64,000 nucleotides of DNA, from the NCBI GenBank assembly GCA_030059665.1, contig JANVYR010000002.1:352001-416000 (forward strand). The letters run 5' to 3'. Position 1 is the first letter of the stretch; the number at the start of each line of letters is the position of its first letter. Below the pieces are notes generated by a model, which was given only the letters and a program-made list of their open reading frames with translations, searched no databases and was not told the DNA's origin. Below, one piece after another: positions 48,429 to 58,303 of this stretch. A program made the translations under genes and the position numbers. The stretch comes from Candidatus Calditenuis fumarioli (lineage in GTDB: Archaea; Thermoproteota; Nitrososphaeria_A; Caldarchaeales; Calditenuaceae).

Positions 48429-49444
48429 GGAGGTTCGTCGCGCTCATCTCGGGCGACAACGTCCAGCTGGGCCTCGGAGAACTGAACGCGCTGCTCGACG
48501 TTCTGGGAGGGTCCCTCGCGACCGAGAGGACCCACGAGAGGCTGCCCGAGTTCACGGCAGACCTGCGGGCTGCGCGCGACGCTGCGTGGAGGTCGGCCTT
48601 CGTCAAGGAGTCGGTCCTGAAGCTGTTCGAGGTGGGACTCGAAGAGTTCGGGAGGCCCTTCGACCCGCTCGTCGAAGACCTTCCGCGGCCCGCTGGCCCC
48701 ATCGCAGTCAGGGCCCTTAAGCTGGAGGAGGTCCCTCTCGGGAGGACCGAGGTGGAGAGGTGGGTTGCGGCGAACCTGCTCGAGCGCTGGAGGGGCCTGA
48801 AGGTCGACCTCGAGAACCCGAGGGAGGTGATCAGGGTCTTCGTCACGTCGAGGTGCGCGGTCGGAGGACTCCTCGTCGGTGTGAGGGACAACGAGGGCAT
48901 CGCCAGGAGGTCGCCCGTCAACAGGCCCTTCAGGTTGCCGTCGACGCTCAAGCCCAAGGAGGCCAGGGTCGTGGTGAACCTAGCGAGGGTCCCACGGGGT
49001 GGCACGGTCTTCGACCCGTTCGCCGGCTCCGGCGCGATACTCCTCGAGGCCTCTGCGTTGGGTTACGAGGCTCTGGGCACCGAGGTGAAGGGTTGGATAG
49101 CCCGCGGTGCGAGGAGGAACCTCAAGGCTCTCGGTCTGGGAGAGAGGTCCGATGTGATCGCGGCGGACGCGAGACACCTTCCCTTGCGGCGTGCTCCGGA
49201 CGGCGTGGCAACCGATCCTCCATACGGTAAGTCCACCACGGTCGTCGGCGGCAGGAGGTCCGAGCTGGTCGACGAGGTGATCGGAGAACTACTCGATGCG
49301 ATGGAGCGGGGCAGGAGGGCCGTCGTCGTTTACCCCGCCGGTTCCGATATGCCCGGGATACTGACGTCGGGAAGGGTGGTGGAGCGTTACTCCTACAAGG
49401 TCCACTCGTCTCTGGTGAGGACCGTGAACGTCCTCGTCGCTTGA
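48425..49444 (+). CDS. THUMP-domain tRNA (guanine-N2) methyltransferase (Trm11/TrmG10-like)
   Basis: RPF..PSTL, DPFAGSG, TDPPYG, HSSLVR. Confidence 0.85.
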   Translation: MRRFVALISGDNVQLGLGELNALLDVLGGSLATERTHERLPEFTADLRAARDAAWRSAFVKESVLKLFEVGLEEFGRPFDPLVEDLPRPAGPIAVRALKLEEVPLGRTEVERWVAANLLERWRGLKVDLENPREVIRVFVTSRCAVGGLLVGVRDNEGIARRSPVNRPFRLPSTLKPKEARVVVNLARVPRGGTVFDPFAGSGAILLEASALGYEALGTEVKGWIARGARRNLKALGLGERSDVIAADARHLPLRRAPDGVATDPPYGKSTTVVGGRRSELVDEVIGELLDAMERGRRAVVVYPAGSDMPGILTSGRVVERYSYKVHSSLVRTVNVLVA

Positions 49445-49452
49445 GCTCGACC

Positions 49453-49911
49453 TTATGCGAAGACGAGCTTCAGCAGAATTCCAATAACCGCCAGCAGAAT
49501 CGGCAGGTTGAATGCAATGAAGAGCTTGACGAAGAGGTTCATCTGACCCTCCAGCCTCGACAACCTGGTCTCGATGGAGTTTACCCTGTTCTCGAGCGCC
49601 GCGATCCTGTTCTCCAAGGCATCGATCCTCCTCTCGAGGGAGTCAATTCTCCTTTCGAGCGAGTCAATTCTCTTCTCGAGCCTCGATATCTCCCTCTCGA
49701 TCAGAGCCTTCAGGTTGTCCTCAACCCTCTTGATATCGGCCTTGAGCTCAGCCCGTAGCGTTTCGAGGTCCCTCTTGGTCGCTACGTCCGCCAGAACCGC
49801 GTTGATTATCGCCAACCTCACCTCACCGTCGGTAACCAAGATCTCGGCGAGTCTCCTCCTTGCCTCTTGATCCCTCTCGAGCTCCTCGATCAGCTTCTCG
49901 GCTATCGACAC
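49453..49911 (-). CDS. Head-neck-stalk-anchor coiled-coil membrane protein (DUF1640/CCDC90-like)
   Basis: VATKRDL neck motif, heptad repeats (LERRIDS), C-terminal TM helix. Confidence 0.7.
   Translation of the reverse strand: MSIAEKLIEELERDQEARRRLAEILVTDGEVRLAIINAVLADVATKRDLETLRAELKADIKRVEDNLKALIEREISRLEKRIDSLERRIDSLERRIDALENRIAALENRVNSIETRLSRLEGQMNLFVKLFIAFNLPILLAVIGILLKLVFA
49558..49690. repeat. Imperfect 21-nt tandem repeats encoding heptads
   Basis: For example GAGTCAATTCTC occurs twice 21 nt apart; RIDSLER/RIDALEN/RIAALEN units. Confidence 0.7.
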
Positions 49912-49986
49912 CGGAACCCAACGCGTTGTGACGGTTAATAACGTTTCACATGGTATTGTCGGACATGGGTCCTGCCGAGATCTCCG

Positions 49987-50829
49987 TCACTGCGCCCTCC
50001 TCGTCACGTCGCTGAGCCTTAACCTCAGCCAAGCAAGGACCATCGCGAGCGCCGTGTATGCCGCAGCGTTCAGCAGCAGAAGTTCCACCGAGACGCCCCC
50101 GGAAAGACCGGAAAGGGGCCCGAACGCTCCAGCAGGAAGACCTGTGCCCGAAAGGCCCCGCAGGACGACCTCGGAGGTCAGCCTGACCGATCCCCAGGTG
50201 GGCAGGTACCGAGTCAGCTCCAGGAGCGCCCTGTCACCGGTGAAGGTTGCGATCACGTTGGCGTAGCTCTCGAAGATGTAGGAGCCGAAGAAGACCAGCG
50301 TCGAGAGCACCGTGGAGAGCATCCCCCTGCGGAGGCCCTCGCTCAGGGCCAGGCCGATGGCGTAGAAAGGTAGCGCGGCGGCGATCGACGCGGGGAGGGC
50401 CGTGAGCAGCAGGTCGAGCCGCGACTGGGAACCGAAGGCGAACCAGGAGATCCCGACGGAGAAGGCGGTGTAGCTCAAAACGATCGAGCAGACGAGCGCC
50501 AGCCCTCCCAGGACCTTGCCGGCGTAGTACTCGGACCTGGATATGGGGCGGGTCAGCCAGAAGTCGGCCGTACCTGCCTCGTACTCGTCCGAGAAGACCG
50601 TGGAACCGATCATGAGGGATGTGACCTGGACCAGCCCGATGGTGGGCGCGAGGAACCCCACCACCCAGACGTAGGGCGACAGAGGCCCGGTCAGAGACGG
50701 AGGCATCCTCGTGAGCACGAAGTAGAGCCCTGCCTCGGTGAGGAAGACCGCTGCCGTCAGGATCAGGACCCTCTTCTTTGCCATGACCCTGCGGAGCTCG
50801 TACCCTATCAGGACGTCAACCGCGCCCAA
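49987..50829 (-). CDS. ABC-2 type exporter permease
   Basis: SDEYEAGT..LTRPISR..YYAGK motif; about 6 TM helices. Confidence 0.85.
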   Translation of the reverse strand: MGAVDVLIGYELRRVMAKKRVLILTAAVFLTEAGLYFVLTRMPPSLTGPLSPYVWVVGFLAPTIGLVQVTSLMIGSTVFSDEYEAGTADFWLTRPISRSEYYAGKVLGGLALVCSIVLSYTAFSVGISWFAFGSQSRLDLLLTALPASIAAALPFYAIGLALSEGLRRGMLSTVLSTLVFFGSYIFESYANVIATFTGDRALLELTRYLPTWGSVRLTSEVVLRGLSGTGLPAGAFGPLSGLSGGVSVELLLLNAAAYTALAMVLAWLRLRLSDVTRRAQ

Positions 50830-51766
50830 CGGTCCTCACCCTCTCCATGAAGACCTCCTCCAACGAGGGCCTCTCCGTCCTGAGCTCCAGCAGACCGCAT
50901 CCCGAGAGGACGATCCGCTCAGCAATCGCGTCCCTCACGTCCGTAGAGTTGTCCGAGAACACGGTGAGGGAGTTGCCCTCAACCCTGACGTCCCTCACGC
51001 CCTCGATCCTCCGGATGGCTTCGACGACTCCGTCTCCCGGCGCGACCCTCGTGACGACCCTCACCCGCAGTCCCCCGGCGCCGTTCAGAATTTCATCGAT
51101 GCCTCCCTCCATCACGGTCTTCCCGAGGTACACCATGCCGACCCTGGTGGCGAGCCGCTCGACCTCGTACAGCTCGTGCGACGAGAAGACGACCGTCTTT
51201 CCGGTTCTGCTGACCTCCCTCAGGACCTCCCTGATCTGGACCCGGCCAACGGGGTCAACGCCGAGCATCGGCTCGTCCAGGACCAGCAGCTCGGGGTCGC
51301 CGATCAGCGCCTGGCCTATCGAGAGACGCTGGACCATCCCCTTCGAGAAGTTGCCCACCCTCCGGTCGGCGTGGTTCACGAGTCCGGTCAGGTCAAGTAC
51401 CCTCTCGACCTCGCGCTTCAGGTCTTCCCCCCTGAGGCCCCTGAGTTTTCCGGTCACCTCGAGGACCTGGCGCGCCGAGAGAAAGGCCGGGAAGTTGGGG
51501 AGCTCCGGCGAGTAGCCCAGCAGCGAGTTGACCCTCTTCGCCTCCCTCCAAGGGTCCATGCCGAAGACCTCGACCCTCCCGGAGGTGGGTTTCAGCAACC
51601 CGAGAACCGCCCGGAGCGTGGTGGTCTTCCCGGAGCCGTTGGGACCGACGAAACCGTAGACGTCGCCCTTTCCCACCCTCAGGCTGATGGGACCGACCTC
51701 TCCGCCGTCGGCGTACCTCTTCACCAGACGCTCGACGAGGATGACCTCTCCACGGCTCAAGGCCAT
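50816..51766 (-). CDS. ABC transporter ATP-binding protein
   Basis: GPNGSGKTT, FSKGMVQR, LDEP, SSH. Confidence 0.92.
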   Translation of the reverse strand: MALSRGEVILVERLVKRYADGGEVGPISLRVGKGDVYGFVGPNGSGKTTTLRAVLGLLKPTSGRVEVFGMDPWREAKRVNSLLGYSPELPNFPAFLSARQVLEVTGKLRGLRGEDLKREVERVLDLTGLVNHADRRVGNFSKGMVQRLSIGQALIGDPELLVLDEPMLGVDPVGRVQIREVLREVSRTGKTVVFSSHELYEVERLATRVGMVYLGKTVMEGGIDEILNGAGGLRVRVVTRVAPGDGVVEAIRRIEGVRDVRVEGNSLTVFSDNSTDVRDAIAERIVLSGCGLLELRTERPSLEEVFMERVRTVGRG

Positions 51767-52650
51767 TAGACGTAGTGGGGTTTGGAGACGGCTGCGGACG
51801 ACCTCCTGGGTCTCCTCAGCAGCCCCAAAGACGCAACGGATCCGATGGCCGCGAGCCCTATCGCGGTTATCGCTATCACCCTCGTAGTCGGGTCCTCAAA
51901 GGCCGCCTTCGGAGAGCCCTTCGTGCCCTGTGTGCCCTGAGCGTTCGTCGGTGACGGAGGCTGCTGTCCCGAAGGGAGCCCCATCGCACCGATCCACCTG
52001 GACAGGTCGGACGATCCAGGGGCGAGCAGAGAGGGCGTCAGGGATGCGAGCGCGGTCACGTCACCTGCCTGTCCGGTGCTCACGACCCGTGTCAGGTCGA
52101 GGTTGGTGTCGACGAGCTGCGCGGTGAAGCGCGCCCCGCCGGAACCTCCACCGGTCGCTGTCAGGTCAACGGCGTAGATCGCTCCCGACCCGGAGATCAG
52201 CTCGACGGTCCCCACGACGGTGAGGGAGGCGTTGCGCGACTCGACAACCACCCTCAACGAGTAGAGCTCGGTCTCGTAGGTCTTCCCGCCGACGGTCCTC
52301 GAGCCGGTGCCGGTCCTAACCACACTGACCGAGAGGTGTTGACCGTCCTTTGTGTAGGAGAAGCTCCCGGACTCGGGGAGGCGGAGCGTCGGAACCGCGA
52401 ACGCAGAGCTGGGGACGTTCTTCTCGAACGTGAGGAGGCCGTCGTTGAACGTAGCCTCGAGCCTGAGCCTGATCGATCCCTCCCCGACCGCATTGACGAC
52501 CGCCACCTTGACCTTTCCCTCCGCGGACCTCTCACCGGCGCTCAGCGAGTACCTGTACTCGTAGAAGCTGCCCGGTTGGACGTCGGCCATTGCGGTGACG
52601 AGCGACGTTAGGAAGAGCGCAACCGTTAGGAGGAGCCAGAACCGCCTCAT
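51766..52650 (-). CDS. Secreted/membrane-anchored hypothetical protein
   Basis: N-terminal signal peptide, beta-rich body, C-terminal TM followed by an RRPRR basic tail. Confidence 0.7.
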   Translation of the reverse strand: MRRFWLLLTVALFLTSLVTAMADVQPGSFYEYRYSLSAGERSAEGKVKVAVVNAVGEGSIRLRLEATFNDGLLTFEKNVPSSAFAVPTLRLPESGSFSYTKDGQHLSVSVVRTGTGSRTVGGKTYETELYSLRVVVESRNASLTVVGTVELISGSGAIYAVDLTATGGGSGGARFTAQLVDTNLDLTRVVSTGQAGDVTALASLTPSLLAPGSSDLSRWIGAMGLPSGQQPPSPTNAQGTQGTKGSPKAAFEDPTTRVIAITAIGLAAIGSVASLGLLRRPRRSSAAVSKPHYV

Positions 52651-52695
52651 CTGCACTCCGTTTCCTCCGTGTGGCTATAACGTTTTGCCAGACCA

Positions 52696-54093
52696 TCACA
52701 GCATTATCCCTGGGTTCAGGATCCAGTTCGGGTCGAAGAGCGACTTGATCCGCCTCATCAGCTCGAGGGCCTCGCCGTGCTGGAGCGCCATGAAGTCCTT
52801 CTTCTCGATGCCTATCCCGTGCTCCGCTGAGGCCGCACCGCCCACGCTGATCGCGTACTCCACCAGCTCCCGGTTCGCCTGCATCGCCCTCCTCCACGAG
52901 TCGGTGTCCCTCCCCTCCGGAAGCCAGTTGGTGTGAACGTTCCCGTCGCCGAGGTGGCCGGCTACGCCCGTCCGGACACCGTACTTCTCCCCGAGCTCGT
53001 AGGACTTCCTCACCACGTCCAAGAGTTTCGAGAGGGGGACGATCACGTCTCCGGTTATCGGCGAAGGGGTCGCCCTCGTCACGGATGGGTAGAGGGCCTT
53101 CCTCGCCTCCCATATCCGCTGGACCTCCTCGTCCGTCCTCGGGACCTCGAGCCTCGAGGCTCCCATCTCCCTGATCACCGAGACGGCAGCCTCCGCCTCC
53201 TCCATCACGCCTGCGCGGGAGTAGCCGTGGAACTCGACGATCAGCATGCACTCGTGGGTGGGCAAGACTATCCCCGACCACCTCGAGATCAGATCCATGT
53301 GGACCCTGTCGAGGAACTCCATCGCCGCAGGCTCGAGCCCCTCCTGCCTGACCGCGTTGATGGCCGAGACGCCGGCCTCGATCGAGTCGAAGTACGCCGC
53401 GAACGTGTACCTCGCCCTGGGAAGTCGCCTCAGCCGGAGCGTCACCTCCGTCACCACGCCCAGCGTCCCCTCGGACCCGACGAGGAGCCTGACCAGGTCG
53501 TACCCGACCGAGCTCTTGAAGACGTTGGCGCCCAGCCTCAGCAGTCGCCCGTCCGGCAGCGCGACCCTCAGCGAGAGCACGTAATCCCTCGTGACGCCGT
53601 ACTTGACCGCCCTCAGACCCGAGGCGTTGTTGGCGACCATGCCTCCTATCGTGCAGGACCTGCTGCTTCCCGGATCGGGAGGGAAGAAGAGGCCGTGCGG
53701 CTCGAGCAACCTGTTCAGGTGGTCGTAGACGATCCCCGGCTCGACGACGGCCTGGAAGTCAACCGGCCTCACCTCGAGCAACCTGTCCATCTTCATCATG
53801 TTCATCAGTATCCCGCCGTAGACCGGAACGCAGGCCCCGGCCAGTCCCGTTCCAGCCCCCCTCACGTAGACTGGTATCCTCCGCTCGTTCGCGTACCTCA
53901 GGACGTCGGCGACCTCCTCACCGCTCTCCGGCCACACGACGACCTCCGGCAGGTGCGGTTCACCGGGGAAGGCGTCCAGCGAGTTGGTTACCAGGTCGTA
54001 CTCCTCGGTCGAGACGTCCTCGGGCCCCAGCCTCGACCTGAGCCACCCGAGGTCCCCTTGGGTCACCTTCGAGTAACCCGACGGCCCGGCCAT
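52696..54093 (-). CDS. FAD-linked oxidase, GlcD/D-lactate dehydrogenase family
   Basis: RGAGTGLAG, PPDPGS, GGMVANNASG, GSEGTLG, HLGDGNVH, AEHGIG. Confidence 0.9.
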   Translation of the reverse strand: MAGPSGYSKVTQGDLGWLRSRLGPEDVSTEEYDLVTNSLDAFPGEPHLPEVVVWPESGEEVADVLRYANERRIPVYVRGAGTGLAGACVPVYGGILMNMMKMDRLLEVRPVDFQAVVEPGIVYDHLNRLLEPHGLFFPPDPGSSRSCTIGGMVANNASGLRAVKYGVTRDYVLSLRVALPDGRLLRLGANVFKSSVGYDLVRLLVGSEGTLGVVTEVTLRLRRLPRARYTFAAYFDSIEAGVSAINAVRQEGLEPAAMEFLDRVHMDLISRWSGIVLPTHECMLIVEFHGYSRAGVMEEAEAAVSVIREMGASRLEVPRTDEEVQRIWEARKALYPSVTRATPSPITGDVIVPLSKLLDVVRKSYELGEKYGVRTGVAGHLGDGNVHTNWLPEGRDTDSWRRAMQANRELVEYAISVGGAASAEHGIGIEKKDFMALQHGEALELMRRIKSLFDPNWILNPGIML

Positions 54094-54095
54094 TC

Positions 54096-54473
54096 TCACT
54101 TTTCCTCCGAGAGGTACTTGCGGAGGTCCTTCACCTCGCCGTGCCGCAGTATCCTCACCGAGGTCTCGACCCTCACCGGTATGCCGACCTCACGGAAGAG
54201 CCTCAGCAGGTCCCCCGAGTCGATGGGTGTAACGAGCCTGCCCGATTTTACGGCCCTGAGCAAAGCCTCCGCGATCCTCTCGGTCAGGGCCCTGTTCATC
54301 GAAGCCGCCTCCTCCAGGACCTCCGGGCCCCTCTCGTCGAGGTAACGCTTCAGCTCCTCCAGCGGGTCCTCCCTCTTGACGGGTTGCTGCGCGGTTTCGG
54401 GCGCCTTCGCTGCCAGGAGCTGCCTCATCTTCCGGAGCCTTATCATTTTGAGCTCGAGGTCCTCGTCGCTCAT
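54096..54473 (-). CDS. PDCD5-related double-stranded DNA-binding protein
   Basis: MSDEDLELKMIRLRKMRQ N-terminus; RGPEVL and DSGDLLRLFR patterns. Confidence 0.65.
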   Translation of the reverse strand: MSDEDLELKMIRLRKMRQLLAAKAPETAQQPVKREDPLEELKRYLDERGPEVLEEAASMNRALTERIAEALLRAVKSGRLVTPIDSGDLLRLFREVGIPVRVETSVRILRHGEVKDLRKYLSEEK

Positions 54474-54641
54474 GCCGACCGACCTGGGGAGCCGGGGGTT
54501 ATCAGGGTTACCTCGGCATCGGCACCAGCTGGCGCATCCGAAACCTCGTGCGTTGCGAGGCGATCGCAATAAAGGGCACGAGTCGCCGATCTTCTCTTGT
54601 CCGCTTTTTCTGCTATTGTGGAGACAAGATAACAATCTGCC

Positions 54642-54728
54642 CGCCGGGGGCGGGATTTGAACCCGCGCGGGCCTCATCGGCCCAGTGGCTTAGCAGGCCA
54701 CCCCCCTACCGGGCTAGGGAACCCCGGC
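54642..54728 (-). tRNA. tRNA-Ser(GCT), no intron, CCA not encoded
   Basis: GCCGGGG/CCCCGGC acceptor stem; anticodon arm GTGGC-CTGCTAA-GCCAC; long variable arm; GGTTCAAATCC T-loop; discriminator G. Confidence 0.95.
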
Positions 54729-54999
54729 AAAGGCCTCCTAACCCCCAGATCGAGACCCTTCTGATAAACCGGCATCCCGGAGCCCACGCGCTCCCCACCG
54801 GCGACCGACGGGACCGGCCGTCCACTGGCCTACTGAGGGATATCGACGGCGCACCCGGCCGCTCTCGTGCGCAAACCGGGTACATTCCCCCAGCAAAGCT
54901 TATAGCGGATGATTGGGGGCCATCCGGCATCGCAGGTTAATTAGCGGGATCTGGGGGGCGCCAGCGGCGAGGAACCGATTGGTCCGAAAGCCCCCTGGC

Positions 55000-56910
55000 T
55001 TGCCGGCGGAAGTCCGGCCTGCTGGGAACAGAACTCTCGCGGAGAAGCTGGACCCGGAGTGGTGGGCCAGGATCTTCGACGGCCTCTATCTGGTCACGGA
55101 CGGCGACATCGCGCTGAACGAGTCCCTCACGCGGTACGAGGTCGACGTGATCACGGAGGTGCTAGGGATCGAGAGGGACGACGCGATCCTGGACCTCTGC
55201 TGCGGCAACGGGAGGCACTCGATCGAGCTGGCCAGGAGGGGCTACAGGAACGTGGTGGGGCTCGACTACTCGGGCGAGCTGCTGCGCGTGGCGAGGAAGC
55301 GCGCTGAGGAGGAGGGCCTCAGGGTCAGGTTCAAGCAGGGAGACGCCCGGAACCTGCCCTTCCCATCTGGCACCTTCGACGCGGTCATAATGATGGGCAA
55401 CAGCTTTGGGTACTTCGCCGATCCACTCGACGACCTCAGGGTCCTGAGGGAGGTGCACAGGGTTCTGAGGCCCTACGGGAAGTTCCTGATAGACGTCGCC
55501 GACGGCGAGTACCTCCGGAGGAGCTTCGAGAGGCTCAGCGTGGAGCGGCTCCACGACGGCCTCCTGGTGATCAGGGAGAGGGAGCTTGACGAGCACGGCA
55601 GGAGGCTCGTGACGAGGGAGCTCGTGATCGACGGCGGCCAGCAGGTGATCGCCGACAGGGTCTACGCTGTGAGGCTGTACGATCGCTCCTCACTTAGGAC
55701 GCTGCTGATGCGTGCGGGCTTCACCGGCGTCCTCCTCGCGTCGAGGCTCAGGTACGAACCAGCGGACCGAGACCCTGGGATGATGAAAAGCCGGTTGCTG
55801 TTCGTCTCCTACGCGGAGAAACCTGAGACCAAGGAACCACTGAACGGGAGGAACGGGAACCTCGTGGTGGTTCTGCTGGGAGATCCCAGGATCCCGAACC
55901 CCGTCAAGCCAGGAGGGCTCTTCGATGACGACGACGAGCTGGCGGTGTGCGAGCTGAAGCACGCGCTCCTCGGGATAAAGGGCTACAGGTTCGTCTTCCT
56001 CGACGACCACTCGAAGTTCGTCGAGTTCCTCTCCGCCAACAGAACGAGCATCCACATGGTCCTGAACCTCTGCGACGACGGGTTCGGGAACGACCCCTCG
56101 ATGGAGGCCCACGTCCCTGCGCTCCTCGAGATGCTGGGGCTGAGATACACCGGTGCAGGGCCGAGGTGTCTGACGCTCTGCTACGACAAGTCGGCGGTGA
56201 AGCTGATCGCCTCCTCGATGGGCATACCGGTCCCGTGGCACGCGCTGATCCCGGAGGGCTCGGAGGAGGTCCCGAGCTCGGTGAGGTACCCTGCTCTGGT
56301 AAAGCCCAACTTCGCTGACAACAGCTGGGGCATCACGGAGCGGAGCCTAGTCAGGAACAGGGAGGAGCTGAGGGCCGCCGTGAGGGAACTCAGGACCAGC
56401 TGGGGTTACAGGGGGCCGATACTCGTGGAGGAGTACGTCGATGGCATGGATCTGACCGTGTCGATAGTTGGCAACCCGCCGGACGACGTGGTGCTGCCCA
56501 TCCTCACCGAGGACTACTCCGGTCTGCCCGACGGCCTCCCCAGGATCCTGACGTACGCCGCCAAGTGGTTGCCCGACTCGCCATACGGAAGGGTGCGATC
56601 AGTCCCGGCGGAGGTACCGGAGCAGCTCAGGGCCCAGCTCGTGAGGTGGAGCAGGTCGCTCTTCGTCAGGCTCGGCTGCAGGGACTACGCGAGGTTCGAC
56701 TGGAGGCTCGGGCGCGACGGGGTGCCAAGGCTTCTGGAGGCCAACCCGAACCCCGGCTGGGTCTGGGACGGACACCTGAGGAGGGCCTGCCAGTACCACG
56801 GCTGGAGCTACCGACGCATGCTCCTCGAGATCCTGGCGGCCGCGGAGCGGAGGTACGCCTCGTCCCAGCAGGGCCACGGAGCGAGTCGGGTGACGGCCCG
56901 GGTCAGATGA
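55000..56910 (+). CDS. Fusion of class I SAM methyltransferase and D-Ala-D-Ala-ligase-like ATP-grasp domain
   Basis: LDLCCGNGRH and MGNSFGY (MTase); YPALVKP, SWGI, VEEYV, ARFDWR, LEANPNPG (ATP-grasp). Start is uncertain (TTG 55000). Confidence 0.85.
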   Translation: MPAEVRPAGNRTLAEKLDPEWWARIFDGLYLVTDGDIALNESLTRYEVDVITEVLGIERDDAILDLCCGNGRHSIELARRGYRNVVGLDYSGELLRVARKRAEEEGLRVRFKQGDARNLPFPSGTFDAVIMMGNSFGYFADPLDDLRVLREVHRVLRPYGKFLIDVADGEYLRRSFERLSVERLHDGLLVIRERELDEHGRRLVTRELVIDGGQQVIADRVYAVRLYDRSSLRTLLMRAGFTGVLLASRLRYEPADRDPGMMKSRLLFVSYAEKPETKEPLNGRNGNLVVVLLGDPRIPNPVKPGGLFDDDDELAVCELKHALLGIKGYRFVFLDDHSKFVEFLSANRTSIHMVLNLCDDGFGNDPSMEAHVPALLEMLGLRYTGAGPRCLTLCYDKSAVKLIASSMGIPVPWHALIPEGSEEVPSSVRYPALVKPNFADNSWGITERSLVRNREELRAAVRELRTSWGYRGPILVEEYVDGMDLTVSIVGNPPDDVVLPILTEDYSGLPDGLPRILTYAAKWLPDSPYGRVRSVPAEVPEQLRAQLVRWSRSLFVRLGCRDYARFDWRLGRDGVPRLLEANPNPGWVWDGHLRRACQYHGWSYRRMLLEILAAAERRYASSQQGHGASRVTARVR

Positions 56911-57055
56911 AAGTATCCCACGTCGTCCGGCTCCGGTGACGTTTATAGCTCTGCAATGGATGGGATTTGTGAGACCGGACAACATGAGGAAAGGGCCGCG
57001 CTCCCTGAACTGGCCGGTCACCGCTTCCAGCTCGTAGGGAGAGGGTGCTTCGTCC

Positions 57056-58303
57056 ATGTCGAAGAGGGATTCCGTATCGATCTACAAGTTCAAGCGCTTC
57101 ATCGAGGAGCTGGAGAAGAAGGAGGGGAGGGGCACAGAGCTGGTGACGCTGTACATCCCCCCGGGCAAGAGGGTTGACGAGGTGATCGGGTACCTGAGGC
57201 AGGAGTACGCGACGGCCTCCAACATCAAGTCGAAGAGCACGAGGAAGAACGTCATGTCGGCCATCGAGAGCGCCATCCAGCGCCTCAAGCTGTACCGCGA
57301 GATCGGGCCCAACGGCCTCATCATCTTCAGCGGCGCCATACCCGAGGGAGGTCAGGGCACGGAGAAGATCGAGGTCTACGACGTGATCCCGCCGGAGCCG
57401 ATCAACACCTTCCTCTACCGCTGCGACAGCAAGTTCTACCTCGAGCCGCTGAAGGAGCTGCTGAAGGAGAGGGACGTATACGGCGTGCTGGTGATAGACA
57501 ACGAGGAGGCGGCGATCGCGGTCCTGAAGGGAAGGAAGATCGTGGAGCTGAAGACCTACACCTCGGGCGTTCCGGGGAAGCACAGCGCCGGTGGTCAGTC
57601 GGCCAGAAGGTTCGAGAGGCTCCGGGAGCAGGCTCTGGAGGAGTACTACAAACGTGTCGGCGAGCACGCCAACGAGATCTTCCTCTCCTACCCCGAGCTT
57701 AAGGCCGTGATAATCGCAGGGCCCGGACCGACGAAGGAGATCTTCGCAGAGGGCGGGTACCTCCACTACACGCTGCGCGACAAGGTGAAGGTGGTTGACA
57801 CCTCGTACTCCGGGGAGGAGGGGGTCAGGGAGGCGATAGAGAGGGCTGCGGAGGAACTCAGGGAGCTGAGGCTCGTCGAGGAGAGGAGGATAGTGGACAA
57901 CGTCATGAGGCTCGCCATCAGCGGCTCCGGCGTCGTCTACGGAGAGCGTCAGGTCCGGGAGGCACTCGCGAAGGGGGAGCTGAGGACGCTGGTGGTTGTG
58001 GAGGAGCTGGACAGGTACGAGGTCACGCTGGAGTGCTCCAAGTGCGGCCACGTGGAGAAGCTCACGCTCTCGTCCGACGAGATGGTCTCCACCCTCCCGA
58101 AGCGCCTCGGAGAGCCCTGCCCCAAGTGCGGGAACGTTGCCCTTGTCAACAGGGGCGAGGAGCCGCTGGTGGACGTGCTGATACGAGAGGCCGAGGCCGT
58201 TGGGACCAAGGTCGAGCTGATCTCCTCCGACCACGAGGCAGGCGAGATGTTCCTGAGGATGTTCGGCGGCATCGCGGGCGTTTTGAAGTCGGCGCAGCAA
58301 TGA
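57056..58303 (+). CDS. prf1: Peptide chain release factor aRF1
   Basis: NIKS, YRCD, GGQSARRF motifs; C-terminal CxxC..CxxC. Confidence 0.97.
   Translation: MSKRDSVSIYKFKRFIEELEKKEGRGTELVTLYIPPGKRVDEVIGYLRQEYATASNIKSKSTRKNVMSAIESAIQRLKLYREIGPNGLIIFSGAIPEGGQGTEKIEVYDVIPPEPINTFLYRCDSKFYLEPLKELLKERDVYGVLVIDNEEAAIAVLKGRKIVELKTYTSGVPGKHSAGGQSARRFERLREQALEEYYKRVGEHANEIFLSYPELKAVIIAGPGPTKEIFAEGGYLHYTLRDKVKVVDTSYSGEEGVREAIERAAEELRELRLVEERRIVDNVMRLAISGSGVVYGERQVREALAKGELRTLVVVEELDRYEVTLECSKCGHVEKLTLSSDEMVSTLPKRLGEPCPKCGNVALVNRGEEPLVDVLIREAEAVGTKVELISSDHEAGEMFLRMFGGIAGVLKSAQQ

Noticed and set aside
54500-55000. Integrated element at tRNA-Ser
   Set aside because: No integrase and no duplicated tRNA 3' end (att site) seen in the window.
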